From Snowella sp. (GTDB lineage Bacteria; Cyanobacteriota; Cyanobacteriia; Cyanobacteriales; Microcystaceae): 64,000 nt of DNA. Made by a program: the position numbers and the translations under genes. Numbering within the stretch: position 1 is the first letter of the stretch; the number at the start of each line of letters is the position of its first letter. Below are positions 1 to 10,829 of this stretch, piece by piece. The stretch spans positions 146,650 through 210,649 of the forward strand of contig JAYKGY010000104.1 of NCBI GenBank assembly GCA_035285545.1, written 5' to 3'. Under the pieces are notes generated by a model. It saw only the letters and a list, made by a program, of their open reading frames with translations. It had not been told where the DNA came from and ran no database searches.

Positions 1-621
1 GGGATCTCGTCGAATTGCAGCGATCGCTTGAAGGACGGTAGCATGAATTTTATCTTTGATTTCCTCAGCCTTTTTTAATTGATACTGCTTGCCTTCTTCG
101 CTGGAAACATAGAGGGCAGGTAAACGGTTTAGGGCATAGGTACAAACCTCTCCAAAAGCAATGAATTTAGCCATGTTTACGGGCAGTTTTTGCATTTCCT
201 TATAGGCTTCTTCTTTTACCAAAAATTCCATTAAATTAAAGCAAACAAAATTCCTTTTATCTTGAGATCCTTGAGCCTTATTAATTAATTTCTGAAGTTC
301 AACTTGATTGATTTTTCTCACATCCATATTGTAGACAGGAAGTAGTTCCATCACAATATCTTGAACCAGGGGGGCATAAATTTCTTGACGATTTAAATTT
401 TTTACAACCCGAATCAGAGACGATAACAGCCGATTGATATCAGGGGTACTTTGGACGATATCAATTAATAATTGTTCTAAGGAATAGCGACCTAGAATAG
501 TAGGTTCATTTTCCCAAGTGTCCTTCGCCAGACAATAGAGCATTTTTTTGATTCTTGCTGCTTCTGCGTGACTCTCTAAATTCTCAGCGACTTGAGGTAA
601 CTTATCCAATGCTAAATTCAT
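1..621 (-). CDS. ComFB (late competence development) domain protein, 3' end outside window
   Basis: Not in the ORF track; translated by hand from ATG at 621: MNLALDKLPQ...FNLMEFLVKEE...EVCTYALNRLPALYVSSEEGKQYQ...TVLQAIAAIRRDP, open to the window edge. YALNRLPALY and AIAAIxRDP are ComFB signatures. Confidence 0.8.
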   Translation of the reverse strand, partial: MNLALDKLPQVAENLESHAEAARIKKMLYCLAKDTWENEPTILGRYSLEQLLIDIVQSTPDINRLLSSLIRVVKNLNRQEIYAPLVQDIVMELLPVYNMDVRKINQVELQKLINKAQGSQDKRNFVCFNLMEFLVKEEAYKEMQKLPVNMAKFIAFGEVCTYALNRLPALYVSSEEGKQYQLKKAEEIKDKIHATVLQAIAAIRRDP

Positions 622-823
622 TACTATCTCCTATTCCCATTGTTTTAGCATCGTTGTTTTCTGTTGTCAATCCAATCAATTAAGGGCAAGAGGGATCAAT
701 ATTAAAAACCTCACAAGATTGAATTCACAGAATTCCTATTTTTAATGCTTTATGTTTTCTATTATAGTGATGAATATATTGCTAAAGCGGCTGAAGTAGC
801 TGAAGTATCTGAGGTTTTAAACG

Positions 824-3430
824 GTGACTGTCCCTATTGCAAGTTTAATAGACTCTAAAATTCATAAACCTGCCCGTTATTTGGGGAATGAACTGGGTTC
901 TGTCCATAAAGATTGGTATAGCGCGACGGTGCGTTGGGTTTTGACCTATCCTGAAGTCTATGAATTAGGGGCTTCTAATCTAGGGCACATTATCCTCTAT
1001 AACATTCTTAACACTCAACCCCGTCAACTCTGCGATCGCACCTATTTACCCGCCCCTGATCTCGCCGCGAAGTTACGGGAAACGGGAACGCCCTTATTTG
1101 CCTTAGAATCCCAGCGATCGCTGACGGAATTTGACATCTTAGGCTTTAGTTTGAGCTATGAACTTGGAGCGACCAATATATTAGAAATGCTGGATTTAGC
1201 CCAGATTCCTTTGACCTGGCAAGAGCGGGAAAATGGTGATTATCCCCTCATTTTTGCGGGTGGACAAACAGCGACTTCTAACCCCGAACCCTACGCTGAT
1301 TTTTTTGATTTTATTGCCCTCGGTGATGGGGAAGAATTATTACCAGAGATCGGTTTAGTTTTAGAACAGGGTAAACAACAGGGTTTGAGCAAAGCAGCTT
1401 TATTACTGGATTTAGCCCAAGTGCCAGGGGTTTACGTTCCCCGTTTTTATGATGTCGCCCCTGATGGCTCTGTTCATCCCAATTGCCCTGATGTTCCCCT
1501 ACGTATTCTCCGCCGTGTCGCTACGCCTATTCCTGCCTATTCCATTGGTTTAGTGCCCTTTGTTGAAACTGTCCACGATCGCCTGACCATCGAAATTCGT
1601 CGTGGCTGTACGAGAGGGTGTCGTTTTTGCCAACCAGGGATGTTAACCCGTCCCGCCCGTGATGTGGAACCCGAAGCCGTGATTGACGCGATCGCTGAAG
1701 GCATCCGTTCAACAGGATATAACGAGTTTTCTTTACTGTCTCTTAGTTGCTCTGATTATCTGGCCCTGCCTTCGGTGGGATTAGAAATTAAAAATCGGCT
1801 ACAAAACGAAAACATTTCCCTTTCTTTGCCCAGCCAACGGGTAGATCGTTTTGATGAAAATATTGCCAACATTATCGGCGGAACCCGTCAAGCCAGCCTC
1901 ACCTTTGCACCGGAAGCGGGGACTCAACGGATGCGGGATGTGATCAATAAAGGCTTAACTAACGAGGAATTATTGCGCGGCATTAAAACGGCGGTAGAAC
2001 AGGGTTGGGATAAGGTCAAACTCTATTTCATGATTGGTCTGCCTGGGGAAACGGATGTGGATGTGCTGGGCATTGTGGAAACCGTGCGATGGCTCCGTCG
2101 AGAATGTCGGATGCCTAAACGTAAACCCTTAGAATTCAACCTCACCATTTCTAATTTCACGCCCAAGCCCCATACGCCTTTCCAGTGGCATTCGGTTTCA
2201 ACGACAGAATTTAGGGCGAAACAGGAATTGTTAAAAGCGGAATTTAGGGGAATGCGTGGGGTTAAGGTGAACTTTACCGATGTTCGCATCTCGGCGATGG
2301 AAGATTTCGTGGGTCGCGGCGATCGCCGATTAGTCCCCGTTGTCCGTCGAGCCTGGGAATTAGGGGCGGGCATGGATGCCTGGTGGGAAAGTTTAGACAA
2401 AGCCTATGGAGCTTGGGGGCAAGCCATTGAAGAAAATGGGCTGGGCTGGAAATACCGTCAAGTGGAAACGGGGGAGTGGAATATTTTCGATGCTGATCAA
2501 CCCCAATCGCCGGCTCAAAACTATGATGCCCCCTTACCTTGGGATCATTTGGATACGGGAATTGATAAACAATGGCTCAAAGAGGATTTGATCAAAGCCT
2601 TAGAAGCGGCAACTGTTCCCGATTGTTCCTTTGAAGGCTGTTCCCATTGTGGAGTCTGCGGTCTTGATTTTGGCCATAATATTGTCGTGCCTCCCTTACC
2701 CATTCCTGAATTTAAAGGGCAATTCCAACCGAATCAAAATCGCGTCCAACGTTTCCGTGTCACCTTTGGCAAACAGGGATCAATGGCCTTAGTGAGTCAT
2801 TTAGATTTAGTGCGCCTTTTTGATCGCGTTGTGCGTCGGGCTGCCCTACCGATTGCTTTTACTGGCGGTTTTCACCCTGGCCCCCGTATTTCTATTGCCA
2901 ATGCCTTACCCTTGGGCGCAACTAGTAGCCATGAATGGGTCGATTTTGAATTAACGGAATCGTTGGATTTGTCCGACTTTCAACAACGCTTAAGTGCGGT
3001 TTTACCGACGGATATTCCTATTTATCAAGTTGAAGAATTGGATCTCAAAACCCCGTCAACGACTCGTTTATTGGATCGAGCAGAATATTTAATTACAATT
3101 TCTTCTACTGAAATTTTCTCAATTGCTCAGTGGCAAGAATGGGTTAACACCATTAATCAATCAACGGAAATCTTATTTGAAAAAACGACGAAATCGGGTA
3201 AAAAAGTAACCCTGAATTTACGAGCGCAATTATTCGCTTTAGGGTTGATTTCTGTTGATAATCTAGAAACAGATTGGGTAAAGTTTCGTTATCAAGGAAG
3301 TTGCCGAAATGATGGGACTTTACTACAGCCTGATCACTTACTCTATATGTTAGAAAAAGTCGCTGATAAATCTTTCCAATTAGCCCATATTCATCGAGAA
3401 AAAATGTTTCTGGCTGATACCCCTCATTAG
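824..3430 (+). CDS. TIGR03960-type B12-binding radical SAM protein fused to C-terminal TIGR03936/DUF2344 domain
   Basis: CTRGCRFC radical SAM motif, FAPEAG, CSFEGCSHCGVC cluster; C-terminal SHLDLVRLFDR...FTGGFHPGPRIS typical of DUF2344. Confidence 0.9.
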   Translation: MTVPIASLIDSKIHKPARYLGNELGSVHKDWYSATVRWVLTYPEVYELGASNLGHIILYNILNTQPRQLCDRTYLPAPDLAAKLRETGTPLFALESQRSLTEFDILGFSLSYELGATNILEMLDLAQIPLTWQERENGDYPLIFAGGQTATSNPEPYADFFDFIALGDGEELLPEIGLVLEQGKQQGLSKAALLLDLAQVPGVYVPRFYDVAPDGSVHPNCPDVPLRILRRVATPIPAYSIGLVPFVETVHDRLTIEIRRGCTRGCRFCQPGMLTRPARDVEPEAVIDAIAEGIRSTGYNEFSLLSLSCSDYLALPSVGLEIKNRLQNENISLSLPSQRVDRFDENIANIIGGTRQASLTFAPEAGTQRMRDVINKGLTNEELLRGIKTAVEQGWDKVKLYFMIGLPGETDVDVLGIVETVRWLRRECRMPKRKPLEFNLTISNFTPKPHTPFQWHSVSTTEFRAKQELLKAEFRGMRGVKVNFTDVRISAMEDFVGRGDRRLVPVVRRAWELGAGMDAWWESLDKAYGAWGQAIEENGLGWKYRQVETGEWNIFDADQPQSPAQNYDAPLPWDHLDTGIDKQWLKEDLIKALEAATVPDCSFEGCSHCGVCGLDFGHNIVVPPLPIPEFKGQFQPNQNRVQRFRVTFGKQGSMALVSHLDLVRLFDRVVRRAALPIAFTGGFHPGPRISIANALPLGATSSHEWVDFELTESLDLSDFQQRLSAVLPTDIPIYQVEELDLKTPSTTRLLDRAEYLITISSTEIFSIAQWQEWVNTINQSTEILFEKTTKSGKKVTLNLRAQLFALGLISVDNLETDWVKFRYQGSCRNDGTLLQPDHLLYMLEKVADKSFQLAHIHREKMFLADTPH

Positions 3431-3555
3431 GGATTAATCAATAAAACTGATTTTTGTAGGTATTTAACCATCTTAAAGCCTTTTTATGGTTAATTTGTTT
3501 GCTCTACTTAACATTTTTGCCAGCTTATTGGCTATTAACGGATTCCATCGGCTGG

Positions 3556-4236
3556 CTACCAATTTTTAGGCTGAAAATCCTGAGCATTTAAAATTGAAAC
3601 CGCTTCCCCTGCTTGGGCTAACACAAATAAACCTTGACGATAGGCATAGCGATCGGCTCCTTCTTCAATTTCAATACCTGCAACGGCTCCGTAGAGTTGT
3701 TTTTGAGCATATTCAGGAAACATTTGCCGAAATTGTTGAAGGTCATCCATCAAATCCTTGACATCATTGACCCCTAAACTACTTTTAACTTCTACTACCA
3801 ACACATGATTTTCATTCGTGACTAGAACATCAATTTCTAAGGTTTGTCCATTTAAGCGTTTTTTGACTCGTTGACTGACTTGATGAACGGGGATTCCTCG
3901 TTTTAAAAAGATGGTTTCACAGGCAGGCGCGACCATATTTTCGACAAATCTTCCCCATTTGCCCCCTAAATCACCAATTTGTTTGTTAACTTCTCTAATT
4001 TTGCGATCGGTTTCTTTGAAATGTTGATCAGTTGCTTGAGATTGTTCCCTTAGTAAGCGTTCTGTCTCTTGGGATTGTTCCCTTAGTAAGCGTTCTGTTT
4101 CTTGCGACTGTTCCCTTAGTAAGCGTTCTGTTTCTTGAAAGCGGCGTTCTGCTTCCTGAAAACGGTGTTCTGTTTCTTTTTGAGCGGTGGCTAATTCGGC
4201 GAGTAATTGCCACACATCATCGGCGGTCGTTGTCAT
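3556..4236 (-). CDS. DUF3782-like coiled-coil protein with C-terminal PD-(D/E)XK-like domain
   Basis: N-terminal QETERLLREQS repeats, then LGGKWGRFVE, EIDVL...VEVKS and YAYRQGLFV. Confidence 0.75.
   Translation of the reverse strand: MTTTADDVWQLLAELATAQKETEHRFQEAERRFQETERLLREQSQETERLLREQSQETERLLREQSQATDQHFKETDRKIREVNKQIGDLGGKWGRFVENMVAPACETIFLKRGIPVHQVSQRVKKRLNGQTLEIDVLVTNENHVLVVEVKSSLGVNDVKDLMDDLQQFRQMFPEYAQKQLYGAVAGIEIEEGADRYAYRQGLFVLAQAGEAVSILNAQDFQPKNW
4036..4176. repeat. Coding tandem repeat: 3 x 33 bp plus 2 x 21 bp
   Basis: TTGNGAYTGTTCCCTTAGTAAGCGTTCTGTYTC at 4036, 4069 and 4102, then two 21-mers at 4135 and 4156; in frame within the 3556-4236 ORF. Confidence 0.9.
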
Positions 4237-4447
4237 GGTCTAGCTTTTTTTATGCTTCGCAATGCTTGGGTTTCTCTATTCATGATTTTATCTTTTTTAA
4301 TTACAATCGCCGATTAGTTGGTAATTATCCATTTTTCTTTCAATTAAATCGACTTACTTAATATTCATTTACAAAATATTTCTAGGCGTTCTCTTCAGTG
4401 GGAAAATAGCGAAAAGCCTTTTAAAAAAAATTGTTATCAGAATCAAA

Positions 4448-5113
4448 ATGACTATTACCCCTGAATCTGTTCAAGAATTACTTTCTTCGGAATCCTTTAG
4501 CGATCGCGTGCGGGGATTAAATCACCTCAAATTCATTGATCCTAAACTCGCCTTTGAAATGGTCAAACCGTTAGTCAATGATCGTAATGCGCGGATTCGC
4601 TATGCCGCTGTGAGTCAGCTTGATCCCTTAGGGCTAGAAAATCCCGATGAAGCCTTGGGGTTACTCCGCGATCGCCTGTTTAATGATCCAGAAATTGATG
4701 TCAAATCCATTGCGGCTGATGTGATTGGCGGACTGAAACTAACCGCCGCCTATGCAGACTTGCGCCAGGTTTACGAAACCACTGACGAATGGCTCCTACA
4801 AATGAGCATTATCGCCACCATCGGGGAAATGGGCGATCCCCAAGCCTTGGAATTATTAAAAATTGCACTGGATTCGGAAAATAGTTTAATTCGGATGGCG
4901 GCCATTAGTGCTCTGGGAGATTTACAAGAGCCGCAAGCTATCCCTCTCCTGTTGCCCTTGGTCAATGATGAAGATTGGCAAGTACGGTTTCGCTTAGCGA
5001 TCGCGTTAGGTCAATTTCAGCAAGCCGAGGTTCAAGCTGCCTTAGAACAACTGGCCCAGGATGAATTTGAACAGGTGGCAACCATTGCTCAGGATCTTTT
5101 AAAAATGGATTAA
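4448..5113 (+). CDS. nblB: HEAT-repeat phycobilisome degradation protein NblB
   Basis: MTITPESVQELLSSE..DRVRGL, RIRYAAVSQL and PBS-lyase HEAT repeats. Confidence 0.75.
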   Translation: MTITPESVQELLSSESFSDRVRGLNHLKFIDPKLAFEMVKPLVNDRNARIRYAAVSQLDPLGLENPDEALGLLRDRLFNDPEIDVKSIAADVIGGLKLTAAYADLRQVYETTDEWLLQMSIIATIGEMGDPQALELLKIALDSENSLIRMAAISALGDLQEPQAIPLLLPLVNDEDWQVRFRLAIALGQFQQAEVQAALEQLAQDEFEQVATIAQDLLKMD

Positions 5114-5138
5114 CCCTCAAGTTAGCTTTTACTCTGGT

Positions 5139-7973
5139 TTAAGGTTTATTTTTAAACCATTGATAGAGCCGATAGACCACTTTTTCCAACTCCACCCAAA
5201 CAAAAATCAAAGTGCTAAATCCTAGACAAATCATTAATTCTTCTAAGGGCAAATAATGGGTTCCAAAGAAATTGCGTAGCGGTTCCACATAAATTAATAA
5301 CAGTTGTAAAAACGAGGTGACAGCGACAGAAATGAGGAGAAAAGGATTAGAAAGAGGGTTGAGTTCAATACTTAATCGGGTAATGGATCGCACCGCTAAG
5401 GCATGACCCATTTGCGCCAAACAAAGCGTTGTAAACACCATCGTTTTCCAGCGATCGCTGTCTAGGAGTCCATTGTCTGTGTGATCATGGGTATAGTTGT
5501 AGGCCCAAACCATCATGGCAATGGTGACGGTTGCCAAAATTAACCCAATACGAATCATATAGGAGCCTAAACCCCTCGCAAAAATACTTTCCTTGGGATC
5601 TTTAGGTGATTCTTGCATAATCGTTGGTTTACCTGGTTCGACGGCTAATGCTAAGGCCGGAACGCCATCAGTAACGAGATTCATCCATAAAATTTGCAAT
5701 GGCGTGAGAGGGACACCCCCTAACCCTAAAAGAGGAGCGGCAGCAATGGTTAATACCTCTCCGATATTACTGCCGAGAATATAGCGAATAAAACGACGAA
5801 TATTGGTATAAACAACGCGACCTTCTTCAATCGCAGCAATAATGGTTGTAAAGTTGTCATCTAATAACACCATATCGCTGGCTTCTTTACTGACATCCGT
5901 TCCCGTAATGCCCATTGCCACCCCAATATCGGCTTGTTTGAGGGCGGGCGCATCATTCACCCCATCCCCCGTCATGGCGACCACTTGATTTTGCCGTCGT
6001 AGGGCTTGCACAATGCGGAGTTTGTGTTGAGACGATACCCGCGCATAAACGCTCACCAGGTTAACGATGTCATCAAGAGCAACATTATCGAAGGTTTCTA
6101 GCTGTTGTCCGGTTATCACCCGCTTATTCTCTTGCATAATGCCTAAATCTTCAGCGATCGCTTTAGCAGTGAGGGGATGATCTCCGGTAATCATCACGGG
6201 TCGAATCCCTGCCCGATGGCATTGAGTAACCGCTTCTCGAACTTCAGGACGGGGGGCATCCAACATTCCCACCAATCCCAACCAGGTGAGTTCCTGCTCG
6301 ATTTCTTGATCACTGGTACGACTAGAGACATTAAAGACGGGTTTCCAAGCAAAACCCAAGACCCGTAAACCCCGACGGGCTAATTGATTATTGCGGTCTA
6401 GAATCTGTAAGCATTGTTCATCGGTTAATGGTTGGGCGCGATCGCCGACTTGGATCTGGGTGCAACGCTCTAGGGTCAACTCTGGGGAACCTTTGACTAA
6501 AACCAGTTCCTGATTTGCCGCTGAGGTAAGGGTCGCCGTTGTGTCTCGAATAATCACACTCATCCGCTTACGTTCGGACGAAAAGGGAAATTCGGCAACA
6601 CGGGGAAATTTTTTCTCTTGTTCGGGTTTAAAAAAGCCCGCTTTGCCTGCTAACACAAGTAAGGCTCCTTCGGTCGGATCGCCCATAATTACCCATTCCC
6701 CTTGTTCCTGATGGAGAACCGCATCATTGCAAATCAAACAGGCTAACATCAAGAGGCGAAATTCGAGATCTAAGCGGGGATCAACAATAGTTGAATCTGT
6801 CTGTTGAAATTCTCCTTCAGGGCAATAGCCTTCTCCCGTCACTCGTAAATTCCAGCTAGGGGTATTAACGGCTTGCACTGCCATCTTATTCTGGGTCAGG
6901 GTTCCTGTTTTATCGGAACAAATGGTGGTAACCGATCCCAGGGTTTCGACCGCATTTAATTTACGGATCAGGGCATGGCGTTTTACCATTCGCTGCGTTC
7001 CTAACGCCAACGTAACGGTAATCACTGCGGGTAATCCTTCCGGGACAACCGCCACCGCCATACTCAATGACACTTCTACTAAGTCCTGAAATAGTTGGGG
7101 ACGCAACAGGGTTCCTACACCAATGACTAAGGCCACCAGAATCAAAGAACCTGTCACTAAAACATTACCCAATTGGGTCATGCGTTTTTGTAGCGGGGTG
7201 GGTTCGGCTTCAACGCCTTGAATGGCTGCCGCAATTTTGCCCAATTCTGTCCGCATTCCCGTTGCGGTGACTAAAATGGTGCCTCGTCCCTGCACTACTT
7301 CGGTTCCCGAAAAAACCATATTCAGGCGATCGCCGAGGGGAAGATCTTCCGGTAGGCTTTCTAGACATTGCTTTCTGACCGCTTCAGCTTCTCCGGTTAG
7401 GGCCGATTCTCTAACTTGCAAATGGTTGGCTTCCAAAATGCGACCATCGGCAGGGACTTTCACACCGGATTCCAATAACATCAAATCGCCTGGAACCAAG
7501 GTTTTAGAATCAATTTCTTGAGTTTTTCCCCCGCGAATCACTCGGACTTGGGAAGAGGACAAATTTTTGAGGGCGGCGAGGGCTTTCTCGGCTCGACTTT
7601 CCTGAAGATAACCCAAAACTCCATTGAGCAAAACCACGATAAAAATGGCAACCGCATCTTTAGGAAAAATGAAGTTTCCCGATGCCATCGATTCTCGGAT
7701 ATCCAACACCCCTGAAATGATCGCCACAGCAATCAGCATCAGTAACATGATGTTTTTGAACTGATCGATTAGAATTTCTAACGGTTGGCGCATTCCCGTT
7801 TCAATTAATTCATTATTGCCGTAGTATCGTTCCTTCTCTTCTACTTCCGTCGCACTGAGTCCCGTTTCGCGATCGCTATTGAGTAAGGTTAACGCTTCAT
7901 CAACGGCGATCGTTTGCCAGGCAATGGTTGGTGTTGGGGTGACAGCCGGATCGGACAGAAAAGGGTCAGACAT
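5139..7973 (-). CDS. Cation-transporting P-type ATPase (type IIA, Ca2+/PacL-like)
   Basis: DKTGTLT phosphorylation motif, [29 protein letters not shown]. Confidence 0.95.
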   Translation of the reverse strand: MSDPFLSDPAVTPTPTIAWQTIAVDEALTLLNSDRETGLSATEVEEKERYYGNNELIETGMRQPLEILIDQFKNIMLLMLIAVAIISGVLDIRESMASGNFIFPKDAVAIFIVVLLNGVLGYLQESRAEKALAALKNLSSSQVRVIRGGKTQEIDSKTLVPGDLMLLESGVKVPADGRILEANHLQVRESALTGEAEAVRKQCLESLPEDLPLGDRLNMVFSGTEVVQGRGTILVTATGMRTELGKIAAAIQGVEAEPTPLQKRMTQLGNVLVTGSLILVALVIGVGTLLRPQLFQDLVEVSLSMAVAVVPEGLPAVITVTLALGTQRMVKRHALIRKLNAVETLGSVTTICSDKTGTLTQNKMAVQAVNTPSWNLRVTGEGYCPEGEFQQTDSTIVDPRLDLEFRLLMLACLICNDAVLHQEQGEWVIMGDPTEGALLVLAGKAGFFKPEQEKKFPRVAEFPFSSERKRMSVIIRDTTATLTSAANQELVLVKGSPELTLERCTQIQVGDRAQPLTDEQCLQILDRNNQLARRGLRVLGFAWKPVFNVSSRTSDQEIEQELTWLGLVGMLDAPRPEVREAVTQCHRAGIRPVMITGDHPLTAKAIAEDLGIMQENKRVITGQQLETFDNVALDDIVNLVSVYARVSSQHKLRIVQALRRQNQVVAMTGDGVNDAPALKQADIGVAMGITGTDVSKEASDMVLLDDNFTTIIAAIEEGRVVYTNIRRFIRYILGSNIGEVLTIAAAPLLGLGGVPLTPLQILWMNLVTDGVPALALAVEPGKPTIMQESPKDPKESIFARGLGSYMIRIGLILATVTIAMMVWAYNYTHDHTDNGLLDSDRWKTMVFTTLCLAQMGHALAVRSITRLSIELNPLSNPFLLISVAVTSFLQLLLIYVEPLRNFFGTHYLPLEELMICLGFSTLIFVWVELEKVVYRLYQWFKNKP

Positions 7974-8434
7974 GATAACAACTCCCGAAAAAGGTGTTTT
8001 GGTTTTATGGAAATATTTAATTTAAAGGGGTTATTTTTTCCGCGTAAATTTCTAATACGCTAATACGTAGGGATAACGATTGGCTCCCTGTTTTAGGGGG
8101 TGAGTTCTATTATCTTGCTCATTAAAACTAGCCCAAATCACCTTAAATTATTGATTTAATCAGGACTTTCTTATTTCTATAATATTCTTTATTTTAAGGG
8201 CTGGTTGTTGATAGGATAGAAAAAATCCAGATTCTATCTCTAGTCGCAAAATTAAGAATAGGCCTAATCCTTTGTCTTCAGAAGGGTCTTATTAGGGAAA
8301 ATTGAAGGAATAGCTAGGATTAAACGATTACAACTTAATATTCTAATCTTACAATTTAATTCCTTGGGATTGGCCCCCTCGCGATCGCGGTGATAGTCTG
8401 TCTTGAGGCGTAAAAATTTATAGACCAATGATTG

Positions 8435-8620
8435 ATGATAGTTATGACATCCAGAAAATGGTGGGCTATTTTTATTACCTTAACCACAATTGAAGGGATT
8501 TTGCTGATCAAGCTTTTATTCGCCCAATCTTTAACGGAACTGTTGATCGCGATCGCTGTGATTGCGACATTGTTAGTCGTAACAACTCAGATCACAATCG
8601 ACAAAAAAAATGTGGACTAA
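8435..8620 (+). CDS. Small two-helix membrane protein, hypothetical
   Basis: About 60 aa with two hydrophobic stretches and a basic tail; contains an in-frame HIP1. Confidence 0.45.
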   Translation: MIVMTSRKWWAIFITLTTIEGILLIKLLFAQSLTELLIAIAVIATLLVVTTQITIDKKNVD

Positions 8621-8698
8621 AAAATTCATTAGCCCATCATCATTGTGATAATTCAATTGGTTTAAATTTTTAGAAAGCTGACAATTTAGAATTTGGGC

Positions 8699-9112
8699 TT
8701 ATAGCTTTAAAATGCGGTGGATAGAATCCCGAATTTCTTGGCTTCTTTTTGCTTTTAAATCAGAAGAAACCGATCCTGATGGCTTAAAGATCACTTCATC
8801 AACCCCTAATGCTTTGGCTTGAGTAACTTTAGGAGAACCGGGTTCTTCTGCGGTAACCACCACCACTTTCGCATTACTTTTAAAACGCACTTGCTTCATA
8901 AACTCAACACCATCCATTTTCGGCATTGATAAATCTAAGATAATTAAATCGGGTTTAACAGTACTTACTTTTGCTAAAGCTTCGATTCCATCCGACGCAT
9001 ATTCTGCCACTTGTAATAGGGGATCTTCAGTGACAATATTACCGATTACCAAACTCATAATCGGAGAATCATCTACCACTAAAATCTTTTTCTTTGCAGT
9101 GATGGTAGCCAT
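8699..9112 (-). CDS. Stand-alone response regulator receiver (CheB-type REC)
   Basis: ILVVDDS, DLIILDLSMPKMDG, FKPSGSVSSDL; no output domain. Confidence 0.85.
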   Translation of the reverse strand: MATITAKKKILVVDDSPIMSLVIGNIVTEDPLLQVAEYASDGIEALAKVSTVKPDLIILDLSMPKMDGVEFMKQVRFKSNAKVVVVTAEEPGSPKVTQAKALGVDEVIFKPSGSVSSDLKAKRSQEIRDSIHRILKL

Positions 9113-9365
9113 AATGAGGAGACCTTAAGAAATGATATTTTATATTTTAATGGCTATAAATTTATTCATCGGTTAAAAATAGTTAAGGCATTGTCGTTAT
9201 AATTACTGAATTTTGATCAAAAAAATTATTATTTTCTCGCCCTTGAAAAATTAAAAAAATGTTAAATTTAAATTACCGAAGTACAGACGCAGAATTTCGA
9301 TATTTATCTTCTGGGGAAAGCGAACTTGTACAATAAATTAGCTTGTGTTATTCAAATTCAAAATT

Positions 9366-9935
9366 ATGCTTGATGCATTGCAAGGATTAAATATTTATCT
9401 CATCGGCATGATGGGGACAGGAAAAACCACCATTGGCAAGATATTAGCCCAAAAATTAAGCTATCGTTTCTTTGATACCGATGTTTTGGTAGAACGAGTT
9501 GTCGAAAAAAGTATTAATGATCTGTTTGCCGAAGAAGGGGAAGCCTACTTTCGGGATTTGGAAAGTCAGGTTTTAAATCACTTATCCGCCTATGGTCGCA
9601 GTGTGATTGCAACGGGGGGGGGAATTGTCCTGCGGCCGTTGAATTGGAGCTACTTACGGGATGGACTCACGATTTGGTTAGACGCGCCGGTTGATTTGCT
9701 GGTGGAACGCTTAGCAGAAGATAATACCCGTCCCTTGTTAAAAACCGATGAGTTGCCCCACAAGTTAACGACCTTACTGGCCGACCGGAAAAATCTGTAT
9801 CAAGAAGCCGATCTGCATATTCTCATCGAAGCTAAGGAGTCCCCAGACGCGATCGCCGACAAAATCCTTAATGCAATTCCCACTGTCCTCAAAAATCAGC
9901 AAGAGGCTTTCCAAAACGGCAACGAGAATAATTAA
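9366..9935 (+). CDS. aroK: Shikimate kinase
   Basis: GMMGTGKTT P-loop, FFDTD, GEAYFRDLE, ATGGG, RPLL; ATG at 9366. Confidence 0.95.
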   Translation: MLDALQGLNIYLIGMMGTGKTTIGKILAQKLSYRFFDTDVLVERVVEKSINDLFAEEGEAYFRDLESQVLNHLSAYGRSVIATGGGIVLRPLNWSYLRDGLTIWLDAPVDLLVERLAEDNTRPLLKTDELPHKLTTLLADRKNLYQEADLHILIEAKESPDAIADKILNAIPTVLKNQQEAFQNGNENN

Positions 9936-9979
9936 ACCTGAGTAAAATTGTGCTTGAAAATTCAAAACATTCTTTTAGC

Positions 9980-10462
9980 ATGGAAATATCATCCCAACAG
10001 GATCAGCTTATGAATACTGCTCTCCCCAGTCTAGAATTTGGCAGCCTGAGAAAAGTTCATCATATTGCATTTAATGTGAAAGATATGAACCGTTCTCGCT
10101 ATTTTTATGGACAAATTCTAGGGTTAAAAGAATTAACAGGAGATGCCGTTCCCTCAACTTTGAAAACCCTGGTTGAGCAGGGAAAAGTCGCCAATTTTAT
10201 CACCCCCGATGGTCTGATTATCGATCTATTCTGGGAGCCTGATTTATTCCCCCCCGATCCCGATCCAAAACAGGGGTTTACTCGTGCCAATCATCTTGCC
10301 TTTGATATTAGCCCGGATGCATTTGAATCGGCGATCGCGGTCTTAAAAGCCCATCAAGTCCCCATTGATCACGGGCCCGTCACTCGACCAACAGGCAGGG
10401 GAATTTACTTTTATGATCCGGATGGCTTCATTATTGAAATTCGCTGCGATCCCCAAAATTAA
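9980..10462 (+). CDS. VOC/glyoxalase family protein
   Basis: VHHIAFNV, NHLAF, IYFYDPDGFIIE. Confidence 0.9.
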   Translation: MEISSQQDQLMNTALPSLEFGSLRKVHHIAFNVKDMNRSRYFYGQILGLKELTGDAVPSTLKTLVEQGKVANFITPDGLIIDLFWEPDLFPPDPDPKQGFTRANHLAFDISPDAFESAIAVLKAHQVPIDHGPVTRPTGRGIYFYDPDGFIIEIRCDPQN

Positions 10463-10585
10463 ACTAATCGCCTCAACTCACGCTTTAACGGTTAATCTCC
10501 AAATTTGTCAATCCTGCCTTTGTCAACAAGTCTAAAAATTTAATTCTCCCATAGTCTCCTAACTACTGGGTATTTAAACTGAGCC

Positions 10586-10734
10586 TGTGGAAAACTATTC
10601 TGTAATTCATCAACTAAATATCGACAAAAAATGCAGAAAAAAGTTTCCTATCCGCCGAATTCTTTCCCTAATCCCCTGCTCACCAATGAGCGTTACCTAA
10701 CTTTTTTAGGATAAATTTCCACAGGTTTTCCACA
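10586..10734. promoter_or_regulatory. Cluster of cyanobacterial-type DnaA boxes upstream of dnaN (oriC-like)
   Basis: TGTGGAAAA at 10586-10594, ATTTCCACA at 10715-10723 (1 mismatch), TTTTCCACA at 10726-10734. Confidence 0.65.
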
Positions 10735-10829
10735 AGTCATGGAATCCAAAACGCTAGCTTAAATCTCTCAACAAAAAACCCAATCAAGCGTACAATCGAT
10801 CTGCTCCCTTAGCACCCTGTTAATGAGTC

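Noticed and set aside
4036..4176. 33-bp repeats as a CRISPR array
   Set aside because: The units are directly adjacent with no spacers, are in frame in a coiled-coil ORF, and there are no cas genes.
8044..8058. GTA...TAC upstream of the P-type ATPase as an NtcA site
   Set aside because: The spacer is 9 nt, not 8.
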